Shown: piece after piece, positions 1-10,154 of the stretch
How the letters are laid out: each line of letters begins with the position of its first letter
How positions within the stretch are numbered: the stretch's first letter is position 1
Origin: an uncultured Candidatus Rokubacteria bacterium
GTDB lineage: Bacteria > Methylomirabilota > Methylomirabilia > Rokubacteriales > CSP1-6
Assembly: GCA_963762145.1 (NCBI GenBank)
Contig: CAVXJS010000015.1
Location: forward strand, 160,001 to 224,000
Length of the DNA stretch: 64,000 bases
Direction of reading: 5' to 3'
Translations under genes and position numbers: made by a program
The notes under the pieces: generated by a model
Seen by the model: only the letters and a program-made list of their open reading frames with translations
The model's database searches: none
Told to the model about the DNA's origin: nothing

Positions 1-1598
1 GCGCTTCTGGAACCTGCTGGGCGGCGTCACCACCACCAGCGGCTCACTCTGCAGCGGCGCCGCGCGCGCGGGTCAGGCCCTCGACTTCGGCGTGCGCGCG
101 GGCCACGACCCGTCCGACATGCTGAACAGCCGCCTCGTGCTGCTCTGGGGCCGCAACCCGATGGCCACCAACCTCCACACGGTGCCGATCCTCAAGGAGA
201 TCCGGAAGCGCGGCGGCCGCGTCATCCTCATCGACCCGGTGCGGAGCGAGTCGGCGAACTTCTGCGACGAGCACGTGCAGCCCCGCGTGGCCTCCGACGC
301 GGAGCTCGCGATGGCCATGGCCAAGGTCATCCTCGAGGAGGGACTCGAGGACCGCGTCTACCTCGAGCGGCACGCGCACGGCCTGGCCGACTACCGCGCC
401 CTGCTCGACGCCCGCTCGCTCGGCGAGCTGGCCGCCGCGTGCGAGCTGACCGAAGAGGCGATCCGGAAGCTCGCGCGCGAGTACGCGAGCACCAGGCCCG
501 CGTCGGTGCTCCTCGGGTGGGGCCTCAACAAGTACCAGCACAGCGCGGAGATCTTCCGCTGCGTGGACGCACTCGGGGCCCTCTGCGGGCACATCGGGGT
601 GCCCGGCGGCGGCGTCTCGCACGGCTACAACACCCAGCGGCACTTCGACAAGACGGTGGAGGCCGCCGACCGCGCCACGCACCATCGCGCGATCCCCGAG
701 CCCCTGCTCGGCGCGCGGGCTCCTGGAGGCGCAGAAGCCGCCCATCCGGATGATGTTCGTCAACAGTGGCAACCCGGTGAACCAGTCGCCGAACTCGAAC
801 AAGGTGGCCCAGGGCCTGGCCGGCCTGGAGTTCGTGGTGGTCGTGGACCAGGTGCTCACCGACACCACCGACTACGCCCACGTGTTCCTCCCCACCACCA
901 CCTTCCTCGAGGAGGAGGACATGCTGGTGTCGTGGGGGCACAACATCATCGGCGGGGTCAACCGGGTCATCGAGCCGGTGGGCGAGGCGCGCTCCGATCT
1001 CCTGATCTTCCAGCAGCTCGCCGACCGTCTCGGCATCGGCCCCGAGATGGCGGGCGCGCCGCGGGACTGGCTCTCGCGCATCTTCACGCCGCTCACCCGG
1101 CGCGGTGTGAGCATCGACCAGGTCATGGAAGCGCCGGTGCGGTGCCCGGTGGCCCCCATGGTGCCGTTCGCGGATCACGTCTACCCGACCAAGTCGGGCC
1201 GCTTCGAGTTCATCACCCAGCTCAAGCACGAGCCTCGCGTGGTGCCGGACTACCCGCTGACGCTCGTGACCAACTACAGCAAGAAGTGGCTCCTCTCGCA
1301 GATCCTCGAGAAGGAGCACCCGTCCATCGCCTCGATCCGCATCGGCACCGAGACCGCCCAGCAGAACGGCATCGCGAGCGGCGAGCGTGCGATCATCCGC
1401 TCCCCGGTGGGCCACCTGGAAGTCGAGGTGCTGGTGGACGCGCGGATCGGCCGCGGCATGGTCATCATGCCGGTCGGCACCTGGATCAAGCGCGGCGGGG
1501 GCGCCAACGTGCTGACCGAGGACATCATGTCCAACTTCGGCCAGATGGCGGCATACGGCGAGACGCGGGTGCGGCTCGAGCGGGTCGCCGCGGCCTGA
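1..1598 (+). CDS. Molybdopterin-dependent oxidoreductase (MopB superfamily), 5'-truncated by the window edge, apparent frameshift near 715
   Basis: Motifs SLCSGA, LWGRNP, LIDP, DAELAMAM, then in another frame (750-1598) NSGNPVNQSPN, TDTTDYAHVFLPTTTFLEEED and a C-terminal Molydop_binding-like domain. Confidence 0.85.
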
Positions 1599-1651
1599 GC
1601 GGGAACCGGGCGCGGTCCCGGCAGGTTAAAGTCGGCCAGGGAGGAACACCC

Positions 1652-2494
1652 ATGGCCAATCCGCTCAGCCGTCGCGAGGTTCTGAAGTACGGCGCCTTCA
1701 CCACCGTCGGAGGCGTGCTCACGCCGGGCGTCGTGCTCGCCCAGGCTATCACCACCGATAGCAAGGGCATCATCGCCCGGGACATCCCGCTCACGTCGAG
1801 CGGCGCCACCATCCCCGCCTACGACGCCCGCCCCGAGGCGGCCGGCCGCTACCCCATCGTGGTCGTCATCTCCGGCTTCACCGGCAACTCCGACCAGAAC
1901 AAGGACGTGGTCCGCCGCTTCGCCCAGGCCGGCTACTACGCGATCGCCCCCGAGCTGTACTCTCGCGAGGGCGGCATGCAGGGCAAGAACTTCCAGGAGA
2001 TGGGCCAGATCGCGGGCCGCGTCACGCGGGCCCAGTACCTGAGCGACATCCGGGCCGCCGCCGACTACGCGAAGCAGCAGTCCTGGGCGCGGGCCGACCG
2101 CCTCGGGGTCACCGGCTTCTGCGGGGGCGGCGCCCTCACCCTGCATACCGCGGCCGAGTATCCCGGGGTGACCGCGGCGGTGCCGTGGTACGGGCAGGTC
2201 AAGCGGGTCTACTCCGACGCGCCCGGCGTGGACGCCTTCAGCCTCGTGGGCCGGATCAAGGCGCCCGTGCTGGGCCTCTACGGCGACGCCGACCCGGGCA
2301 TCCCCTCCGCCGACGTCCGCAGCTTCGAGGCCGAGCTGCGGAAGGCGGGCAACGCGAACGTCGAGTTCATCCTGTACCCCGACGCGCCGCACGCGTTCTT
2401 CTCGGACGATCGGCCGCAGGTGTACAAGAAGGAAGCCAGCGAGGACGCCTGGAAGCGCTGCCTGGCGTTCTTCGAGAAGCACCTGAAGGCCTGA
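1652..2494 (+). CDS. Dienelactone hydrolase family protein with Tat signal peptide
   Basis: ATG after GGAGG; SRREVLK twin-arginine motif; GFCGGG nucleophile elbow; D in YGDADPGI; H in APHAF. Confidence 0.9.
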   Translation: MANPLSRREVLKYGAFTTVGGVLTPGVVLAQAITTDSKGIIARDIPLTSSGATIPAYDARPEAAGRYPIVVVISGFTGNSDQNKDVVRRFAQAGYYAIAPELYSREGGMQGKNFQEMGQIAGRVTRAQYLSDIRAAADYAKQQSWARADRLGVTGFCGGGALTLHTAAEYPGVTAAVPWYGQVKRVYSDAPGVDAFSLVGRIKAPVLGLYGDADPGIPSADVRSFEAELRKAGNANVEFILYPDAPHAFFSDDRPQVYKKEASEDAWKRCLAFFEKHLKA

Positions 2495-2517
2495 GCCTGG
2501 CCCGGCAAACTCCAAGC

Positions 2518-2546
2518 TTGACATCGGGCGGGTTTGCCTCCAGATT
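2518..2546 (+). promoter_or_regulatory. Sigma70-like promoter for the peptide ABC operon
   Basis: TTGACA (2518-2523), 17-nt spacer, CAGATT (2541-2546). Confidence 0.45.
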
Positions 2547-2610
2547 GGCGCAAATCCAGAGGTTTGCGGTTACCCATCTCACACGTCAGCGACGACTTGG
2601 AGGATAGAGG

Positions 2611-4265
2611 ATGAGCCCAAACCATGCCCATCTCCTGCTGAGCCGCCGGGACCTTCTCAAGCTTGGCGCTACCGGCGCCGCCCTGGCGCCGATGATGTCC
2701 CCCTTCCCCGCCTCCGCCCAGACACCCAAGCGGGGGGGGACCCTGAGCCTGCGCCTCTGGGACCCGCCGCACTGGGACCCGCACCTCACCGTCTCCTACA
2801 AGACCCATATCGCCTACTCGTTCACCCATAGCCGGCTCGTGAAGCACAAGGCCGGGCCCGGCGTGCAGCCCGGCACCTTTCCCCTCGAGGGCGATCTCGC
2901 CGAATCGTGGACGCAGCCGAACGAGAACACGTACGTGTTCAAGCTGCGCCGCGGGGTGAAGTGGCACAACAAGCCCCCGGTGAACGGGCGGGAGCTGGTG
3001 GCCGACGACGTCGTCTACACGTTGGAGCGCTTCCGCACCGTGAAGGGCAACGCGAATGCCTACATGCTGGCGGCGCTCGATCGCGTGGAGGCGGTGGACA
3101 AGTACACGGTCAAGTTCACGCTGAAGGAGCCCTACGCCTGGTTCCTCGACATCCTGGCCAACCCGCACGCGGTCTGCATCGTCGCCAAGGAATGCGTGGA
3201 GAAGTTCGGCGATCTCAAGAAGCCCGAGGCGACGGTGGGCACCGGGCCCGTGGATGCTGGACAGCTACCGGCCCGAACGTCGGCTTCACCCTCGTGCGCA
3301 ACCCGAGCTACTTCGTGGCCGGTCTCCCGAACATCGACAAGGTCGAGGCTTTCGTGGACGAGGACAATGCCTCGCGCATGGCCGCGTTCATCGCGGGCAA
3401 GTACGACCTCGGCTGGGAGTTCCCGGGACAGATCAACCGCACCGATTGGGTGCAGATCAAGGACACGCCTGAAGCAGCGGCGGCCCAATCTCAAGACCCA
3501 GGACTACCCCGCCAACGTGATGACCCATCTCTACTTCCGCAACGACAAGGCCCCGTTCAGCGACGTACGCGTGCGGCGGGCCATGTCGATGGCCATCGAC
3601 CGCAAGGGCATCATCGACGCGACCGCGGAAGGGCTCGGGGTCCAGAACCCGGCGGTGCCCGCCGCGCTGAAGGAGTGGTCCATCCCGGTCGACCAGCTCG
3701 GTGAGGGTGCCCAGTACTTCAAGCACGACCCGGCGGCGGCCCGGAAGCTCCTGGCCGAGGCCGGCCACCCCAAGGGCTTCCCGGTCACGATCGACTTCAC
3801 CACGTACGGATCCCAGGTCCTGGTGGACGCCTGTCAGCTCGTGCTCAAGAACCTCAAGGACGTGGGCATCGAGGCCAAGCTGAACACCAAGGAGTACGGG
3901 GCGTACATCTCGAGCACCTTCTACGGCAAGTACGAGTCCATGGCCCTCGGCCCGCAGACTCCGTTCCTCGAGCCGGACAACTTCCTCTTCGGCCAGTACT
4001 ATCCGGGGGAGATCAAGAACCACGGTCACATCAACGACCCGGTGCTCGCCGACATGCTCGTCCGGCAGCGCCGGACGATGGACGCCGCGAAGCGCCGCGA
4101 GATCATCTACGAAGATCCAGCGACACATCGCCAAGCAGCAGTGCGTACGTGCAGCTGTGGTCCGGCGTGTACGTCGGGGTCTGGGACGGGGCGCTCATGA
4201 ACTATGGCCCGAACCTGGGATACGACTACGGTGGCCGGCTCATGGCCGCCTGGCTCGACCGCTAG
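2611..4265 (+). CDS. ABC transporter substrate-binding protein, family 5 (peptide/nickel), Tat signal; apparent frameshifts near 3250-3270, 3470 and 4110-4150
   Basis: SRRDLLK; GDLAESW, FKLRRGVKWHNKPP, GTGP, DVRVRRA; collinear with the intact paralog downstream, ends WLDR-TAG. Confidence 0.85.
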
Positions 4266-4288
4266 CCGACGGCAAGGAGGCCATCGCC

Positions 4289-5929
4289 ATGGACCAGTCC
4301 GGATCGTCCCTCACCCGCCGTGACGTGCTCAAGCTTGGCGGCGCCGCGCTCGCGGCGTCCTCGGTCCTGACCGGCGCCCGGCCGGCGGAGGCCCAGACCC
4401 CGAAGCGCGGAGGCCGGTTCCGGCTGCGCTCGCACGTGCCGCCGGTGCACTTCGACCCGCACCAGACCCTCGCGTTCTCCACCATGATCCCGCTGTCGTT
4501 CGTGTACAGCCGCCTCGTGAAGGTCAAGGGCGGCTCCGCGGTGGTGCCGGGCACCCAGCCGGTGGAGGGGGACCTCGCGGAGTCGTGGGAGCGGCAGGGC
4601 GACACTGTCTACGTGTTCAAGCTGAGGAAGGGCGTGCGCTGGCACAACAAGCCCCCGCTCAACGGCCGGGAGCTGACCGCCGAGGACGTGCGCTACACCT
4701 ACGACCGCTTCCTCAACATCAAGGGCAACAGCAACCGCTTCACGCTCGAGATGGTGGAAAAGGTCGAGGCCGTCGACAAGTACACCGTCAAGTTCACGCT
4801 GCGCGAGCCCAACGCCTGGTTCATCGACCGGCTCGCCTCGACGTCCACGTGGATCATCGCCAAGGAGTGCGTGGACCAGTACGGCGATCTCAAGCGGCCC
4901 GAGACCTTGGTGGGCACCGGCCCGTTCCTGTACCAGAGCTACGAGCCCAACGTGCGGATGACCTTCAACCGCAACCCGAGCTACTTCGTCCCGGGACTGC
5001 CCTACGTGGATGGGGTCGACATCACGCTGTCGCAGGATCCCGCCGCCGCGTTCGCCCAGTTCCTCTCCGGCGACTTCGACTTCGGCCCGGAGTACGGCAT
5101 GGTGATCCGCCGGAGCGACCTCGACATCGCCCTCCGGCGCGTCAAGGGACTCGGCATGCGGGATTACATCGTGGTGTTCGGCGGCTACACCGCGGTGAAG
5201 CTCGACCAGGAGCCGTTCAAGGACGTGCGGGTGCGGCGGGCCTTCGCGATGTCCCAGGACTGGCGTGAGGTGCTCGAGACCAATGCGTGGTCGCAGGGCA
5301 AGGGCGCCCCGAACCCGCTCATCCCGGCCGCGCTCAAGGAATGGTCGATCCCGATCGACCAGCTCCCGGCGGAAGGGCGCAAGCTCTATGAGTTCGATCC
5401 GGCCGGCGCCAAGCGCCTGCTCGCGGAGGCCGGCCATCCCAACGGAATCAAGATCCCCATCGAGACCACGCCCGGCTACGGGCCGGACTGGATGGACGCG
5501 GTACAGGTGGGCCTCCGCAACTGGAAGCAGGGCGGCATCGAGGGAGAGCTCAAGCTGAAGGAATACGGGGCCTTCGTCTCGAGCGCGATCTTCGGCAAGT
5601 TCGAGAAGAGCATCGTGACGCTCCGGGGCGGCACCACCGACCCCGACACCTACTTCACTCCGTTCCTGCCCGGCGAGGCGCTGAACGCCTCCGGAGTGAA
5701 CGACCCGAAGCTCACCGAGATGATCAAGCTCCAGCGCCGTACCTTCGACGACAAGAAGCGGCGCGACATCGTCTACGACATCCAGCGCTACGCCTCCCAG
5801 CAGGTCTACTACGGCTACGGCGCCTCGGTGAGCGCGGTCGGCGCCTGGATGCCCTACGTCAAGAACTTCGGCCCGAACATCGGCCACGACTACGGCGGCC
5901 GTCTCATGGTCGCGTGGCTGGACAAATAA
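4289..5929 (+). CDS. ABC transporter substrate-binding protein, family 5, Tat signal
   Basis: AGGAGG SD, TRRDVLK, GDLAESW, GTGPF, DVRVRRA. Confidence 0.92.
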   Translation: MDQSGSSLTRRDVLKLGGAALAASSVLTGARPAEAQTPKRGGRFRLRSHVPPVHFDPHQTLAFSTMIPLSFVYSRLVKVKGGSAVVPGTQPVEGDLAESWERQGDTVYVFKLRKGVRWHNKPPLNGRELTAEDVRYTYDRFLNIKGNSNRFTLEMVEKVEAVDKYTVKFTLREPNAWFIDRLASTSTWIIAKECVDQYGDLKRPETLVGTGPFLYQSYEPNVRMTFNRNPSYFVPGLPYVDGVDITLSQDPAAAFAQFLSGDFDFGPEYGMVIRRSDLDIALRRVKGLGMRDYIVVFGGYTAVKLDQEPFKDVRVRRAFAMSQDWREVLETNAWSQGKGAPNPLIPAALKEWSIPIDQLPAEGRKLYEFDPAGAKRLLAEAGHPNGIKIPIETTPGYGPDWMDAVQVGLRNWKQGGIEGELKLKEYGAFVSSAIFGKFEKSIVTLRGGTTDPDTYFTPFLPGEALNASGVNDPKLTEMIKLQRRTFDDKKRRDIVYDIQRYASQQVYYGYGASVSAVGAWMPYVKNFGPNIGHDYGGRLMVAWLDK

Positions 5930-5956
5930 CCCAGGTCACGGCTCGACTGGCGTGAC

Positions 5957-6898
5957 GTGAAGCGCTACATCCTGCGCCGTCTGCTGGTGGCGATCCCGTC
6001 GTTGCTGATCGCCTCCCTCATCGTCTTCAGCCTGCCCCGGCTGATCCCGGGCGACGTCGTCCAGCTCATGCTCGAGGAGAAGGCCTACGGCAAGGACCTC
6101 GAGGACCTCCGCGCCAAGCTCGGCCTGAACCGGCCGATGTACATCCAGTACGTGGAGTGGCTCGGCCAGGTGACCCGCGGGGACCTTGGCGAGTCGCTGT
6201 GGACCAAGCGCCCGGTGCTGGAAGAGCTGGCGCGCCGCCTGCCCATCAGCCTCGAGCTGGGGGTGCTGGCCCTGTTCTTCGCGATCGTCATCGCGGTGCC
6301 GATCGGCGTGCTCGCCGCGATCCGTCAGGACACGCTGGCCGACTTCCTCATGCGGAGCATGGCCATCCTGGGACTCTCGGTGCCGGGCTTCTGGATCGCC
6401 ACCCTGTGCGTCCTGCTCCCCGCGATCTGGTGGGGCTGGAGCCCTCCGATCCAGTTCACCGCCTTCTCGGTGGATCCGTGGGCCCACTTCGCCCAGTTCC
6501 TGCTGCCCGCCTTCATCCTCGGCATCGCCTCCGCCGCGGCGATCATGCGCCTCACCCGCGGCACGCTCCTCGAGGTGCTCCGTCAGGACTACGTGCGCAC
6601 CGCGTGGGCCAAGGGGTTGCGCGAGCGCGTGGTGGTCGTCAAGCACAGCCTCAAGAACGCCCTGATCCCGGTCATCACCATCCTCGGCATCCAGATCGCG
6701 CAGATCCTGGGCGGCACCGTGATCTTCGAGAGCATCTTCGGGCTGCCCGGCATGGGCCGCTTCCTCTTCGACGCGATCAACCAGCGCGACTATCCGGTCA
6801 TCCAGGGCGTGAACCTGCTCATCGTGAGCGTGGTGGTCCTGACCAACTTGATCGTCGACGCGTTCTACGCCTTCCTGGACCCCCGCATCCGCTACTAG
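5957..6898 (+). CDS. dppB: Peptide ABC transporter permease (DppB/OppB-like)
   Basis: YILRRLL, PGD, GDLGESL, DYVRTAWAKGL, RDYPVIQG, LDPRIRY. Confidence 0.9.
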   Translation: MKRYILRRLLVAIPSLLIASLIVFSLPRLIPGDVVQLMLEEKAYGKDLEDLRAKLGLNRPMYIQYVEWLGQVTRGDLGESLWTKRPVLEELARRLPISLELGVLALFFAIVIAVPIGVLAAIRQDTLADFLMRSMAILGLSVPGFWIATLCVLLPAIWWGWSPPIQFTAFSVDPWAHFAQFLLPAFILGIASAAAIMRLTRGTLLEVLRQDYVRTAWAKGLRERVVVVKHSLKNALIPVITILGIQIAQILGGTVIFESIFGLPGMGRFLFDAINQRDYPVIQGVNLLIVSVVVLTNLIVDAFYAFLDPRIRY

Positions 6899-6928
6899 AA
6901 CAATGCGAAGCAACCCGAACATAAAGCA

Positions 6929-7870
6929 ATGCAAAGCAACCCTATAGAGGTCGCCCCTTGGGGCGACCGGATACAAAAAAACAAGAGCGCGTCGCCCAAC
7001 CGCCTCGCGGCCGTCCTCACGGCCCTCTGGCAGTTCACCTGGCGCAAGCCGCTAGGCGCCCTCGGCGGGTTCATCGTGCTGGGGCTGCTGATCATGGCGA
7101 TCTTCGCGCCGTGGATCGCGCCCTACCAGTACGACGAGACCATCCCGGGCGCGCGCATGAAGGCCCCCGGCGCGCAGTTCTGGATGGGCACCGACAACCT
7201 GGGCCGCGACGTCTACAGCCGCGTGGTCTACGGCGCCGCGGTGTCGGTGACGGTTGGTTTCGGGGCCGTCCTCCTCGCCAACATCCTCGCCACCGCCATC
7301 GGTATCACCAGCGGCTACTTCGGCGGCGCCTACGACATCTGCGTGCAGCGGGTGGTAGACGCCTGGCAGTCCTTCCCGTTCCTGGTGGTGATCCTCTCGC
7401 TCATGGCGGTGCTGGGGCCGGGCCTGCTCAACCTGATCCTCGCGCTCGGGGTGCTGGGCGCGGCGGCCGCCTCCCGGGTGATCCGCGGGACCACCATCAG
7501 CGTGATGCAGAACACCTACGTGGAAGCGGCGCGGGCCCTCGGCGCGGGACACCTGCGCATCATGCTCCGCTACATCCTGCCCAACGTGGCCGCCACCGTC
7601 ATCATCCTGGCCACCATCGGGCTCGGGGGTGCCATCCTCGCGGAGTCCGCGCTGTCGTTCCTGGGCTTCGGCGTGCCGCCTCCCTACCCCTCCTGGGGCG
7701 CCATGCTGTCCGGCTCGGGCCGCTCGTTCATGTACCGCGCGCCGTGGATGGCCATCTGGCCGGGCGCGGCCATCTCCCTTGCCGTCTTCGGCTTCAACAT
7801 GCTGGGCGATGCGCTGCGCGACGAGCTCGACCCGCGGCTGCGGGGCGGGGGCGGGCGACCGGTCAGCTAG
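6929..7870 (+). CDS. dppC: Peptide ABC transporter permease (DppC/OppC-like)
   Basis: GTDNLGRDVYSR, YVEAARALGA, ESALSFLGFG, GDALRDELDPR. Confidence 0.9.
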   Translation: MQSNPIEVAPWGDRIQKNKSASPNRLAAVLTALWQFTWRKPLGALGGFIVLGLLIMAIFAPWIAPYQYDETIPGARMKAPGAQFWMGTDNLGRDVYSRVVYGAAVSVTVGFGAVLLANILATAIGITSGYFGGAYDICVQRVVDAWQSFPFLVVILSLMAVLGPGLLNLILALGVLGAAAASRVIRGTTISVMQNTYVEAARALGAGHLRIMLRYILPNVAATVIILATIGLGGAILAESALSFLGFGVPPPYPSWGAMLSGSGRSFMYRAPWMAIWPGAAISLAVFGFNMLGDALRDELDPRLRGGGGRPVS

Positions 7871-7876
7871 ACAAGC

Positions 7877-7908
7877 AAGGGGGCAGCGGCGGTTACCGCT
7901 GCCCCCTT
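7877..7908. terminator. Hairpin between convergent operons (likely terminator)
   Basis: 13-bp perfect stem aagggggcagcgg/ccgctgccccctt with 6-nt loop. Confidence 0.6.
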
Positions 7909-7918
7909 TGAAGACCGC

Positions 7919-7954
7919 CCCTCACCCTGCCGTCTCCCCTGAGGGGAGAGGGGG
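7919..7954. repeat. REP-like element CCCTCACCC...TCTCCCCT-G-AGGGGAGAGGG
   Basis: Palindrome tctcccct/aggggaga preceded by ccctcaccc, a form of intergenic repeat common in GC-rich bacteria. Confidence 0.5.
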
Positions 7955-7963
7955 ATGAGGTGG

Positions 7964-9262
7964 CTAGGCGAACTTGGCGTAGATGGCCTTGATCTTCTCC
8001 TCGGCCCACTTGATCGTCTGCTCGAGGTCCATCTTGTCGGTCGCGAACTGCGCGAGCGCGTCCACCATCACGAACTGCTGGTAGACCTCGTCCGCGGCCG
8101 GGGTGAGCGGCCCCGGGTAGCCGGTGGTGAAGTGGTACTCGGCGTCCTGCTCGAGCGGCTTCAGCTTCGGGTCCTCGCTGATGATCGGGAGCGGCGGCTT
8201 GGCGTAGTTCTTGAGGAACGGCATGTTGTAGCCGGTGCTGGCCTTGGCGCCCTCGCGGTAGACGTCCACGAGCGCTTCCAGGAACGCCTTCGCCCCGTCG
8301 CCGTTCTTGGAGAACTTGGTGACGCCGTAGGCGCGGCAGTTGGCGAACGACCGCCGCGTCGCCGGGCCCTTGGGCGAGAGCTGCACGAAGATCTTGTCGG
8401 CGAGCTCCTTGTTGGAGCCCTCGATCGTCCGGTAGGCGCTGATCGGATTGTGGATCCAGGAGCCGCGCCCCGAGGCGAGGAAGCGGTTGTTGGAGGCGTC
8501 GTCCCAGGCGAGGACCTCGGGCGTCATGGCGTCCTTGTAGAGCGCCTTGTTGAACTTGAGCGCCTCGCGCATCTCCTTGGAGCTGTAGGTGATGGTCTTG
8601 CCGTCCTTGCCCACCTCGGAGGCGCCGTGCGACCACATGACCGCGCGCCAGGACGCGCGGGAGTCGTCGTGGTGCGCGAGCCCGATCCCGACCGGGAAGC
8701 CCTTGGCCTTGAGCTTCATGCCACCCTTGTGCAGGTCGTCCCAGGAATCGGGGCCGTTGGGCATGCCGATCTCGGTCCACAGATCCTTCCGGTAGAGACC
8801 CGGGAAGTCGATGAAGAAGTCGGGGATGGCGTGGAACTTCCCGTCGGCCCGGACCTGGCAGTAGTTCTCGGCCAGCGGGCGTCCAGCCGCCGTGCTTCTT
8901 GGCGAGCTTGTCGGCCACGTCCTGGACGTCCATGAGGGCGCTGGCCCACTTCTCGGTGCCGGTGCCCACCAGCTGCACGATGTCGTGACCCGACTGGGTC
9001 GCGATCTCGGCCGCGATCTTGGCCGGGATCTGCAGGTGCGGGACGTGGTCGATGGTGACCTTGATCCCGCTCTTGGTGCTCCACTGCTCGGCGAAGGCGT
9101 CGAACCACTTGTCGTAGGCGGGCACGAAGTGGGTCCAGGCGAGCACTCGGACCTCCTTGGCCTGCGCCCACGCCGGGCGGATCCAGACGTGGGGAAATGC
9201 GCCGAGACGGCGGTGGCGCCCGCCGCGGTGCCGAGGAACTGCCGTCGCGAAAGCTTGCTCAT
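7964..9262 (-). CDS. Carbohydrate (CUT1) ABC substrate-binding protein, Tat signal; compensating frameshifts between about 8875 and 9195
   Basis: SRRQFLG; WTHFVPAYD in alternate frame; YRKDLW, WDDASNNRFLASG; paralog of 28783-30096. Confidence 0.85.
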   Translation of the reverse strand: MSKLSRRQFLGTAAGATAVSAHFPTSGSARRGRRPRRSECSPGPTSCPPTTSGSTPSPSSGAPRAGSRSPSTTSRTCRSRPRSRPRSRPSRVTTSCSWWAPAPRSGPAPSWTSRTWPTSSPRSTAAGRPLAENYCQVRADGKFHAIPDFFIDFPGLYRKDLWTEIGMPNGPDSWDDLHKGGMKLKAKGFPVGIGLAHHDDSRASWRAVMWSHGASEVGKDGKTITYSSKEMREALKFNKALYKDAMTPEVLAWDDASNNRFLASGRGSWIHNPISAYRTIEGSNKELADKIFVQLSPKGPATRRSFANCRAYGVTKFSKNGDGAKAFLEALVDVYREGAKASTGYNMPFLKNYAKPPLPIISEDPKLKPLEQDAEYHFTTGYPGPLTPAADEVYQQFVMVDALAQFATDKMDLEQTIKWAEEKIKAIYAKFA

Positions 9263-9296
9263 GCGGTTTACCCCTCCTTGGGTCGTGAGTTGCGGA

Positions 9297-10151
9297 TCAC
9301 TTCAGCGCGCCGGCGGTGAGCCCGTGGATGAAATGGTCGAGGCTGAACGCGTACACGATGGCCACCGGCACCGCGCCGATGAGCGCGCCCGACATGAGCG
9401 AGCCCCAGTAGAAGACGTCGCCCCGGATGAGGTCGCTCGTGACCCCGTACGAGATCGTCTTGTTGGCGGACGCGGAGATGAACGTCAGGGCGTAGATGAA
9501 CTCCTGGTACGTCAGCGTGAAGGCGAAGATCCCGGCGGTGATGATGCCGGGCACGATCACCGGGATGATGATCATGCGGAAGGCCTGGAAGCGGGTGCAG
9601 CCGTCGATCTGGGCGCTCTCCTCGATCTCCTTGGGCACCGTCCGCACGAAGCCCATGAGGAGCCAGGTGCAGAACGGCAGGGTGAAGGAGGGGTAGACGA
9701 TGACCAGCGCCCAGACCGAGTCGATGAAGCCCGAGCCCGCGCACGAGCTGGGAGAGCGGCAGGAACAGCAGCGTCGACGGGATCAGGTAGGAGAGGAACA
9801 TCGCGGTGGATAGCGGCTGGGCCGCCCGGGAAACGCATGCGGGCCAGCGCGTAGGCCGCGGGCAGCGCGAGCAGGAGCGTGATGATCACGACGCAGGACG
9901 CCGATGAGGAGGCTGTTCTTCAGCCAGGTCGGGAACAGCGTGCCCTGGAGCAGGAGCTTCATGTGGTCGAGGGTCGGGGGCTCCTTGAACCAGAACGGGG
10001 CGGTCTCGAGGTTGTAGAGGTCGCGGTCCCGCTTGAAGGCGGTGATGACCATCCAGTAGAACGGGAACAGCACCACGAAGAGGTAGGGCGACAGCGGCAG
10101 GTACGGACCGTAGTCGCGCTTGATTCGTCGCCAGGGTCCATGGGCGGCCAT
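9297..10151 (-). CDS. CUT1 ABC permease (MalG-like), several apparent frameshifts at about 9730-9900
   Basis: LFPFYWMVITAFK, AAYALAR, PKEIEESAQIDG (EAA loop), GDVFYWGSLMSGA, GLTAGALK. Confidence 0.85.
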
Positions 10152-10154
10152 GCC

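Noticed and set aside
92-2494. 800-aa ORF suggesting a molybdopterin enzyme-dienelactone hydrolase fusion
   Set aside because: Artifact of the frameshift near 715; the middle is out-of-frame text, and the hydrolase has its own SD, ATG and Tat signal
2504-2568. GGCAAAC...GTTTGCC and GCAAA...TTTGC as a c-di-GMP-I riboswitch
   Set aside because: Lacks the GNRA loop/receptor two-stem layout and overlaps the predicted promoter; more likely operator-like palindromes
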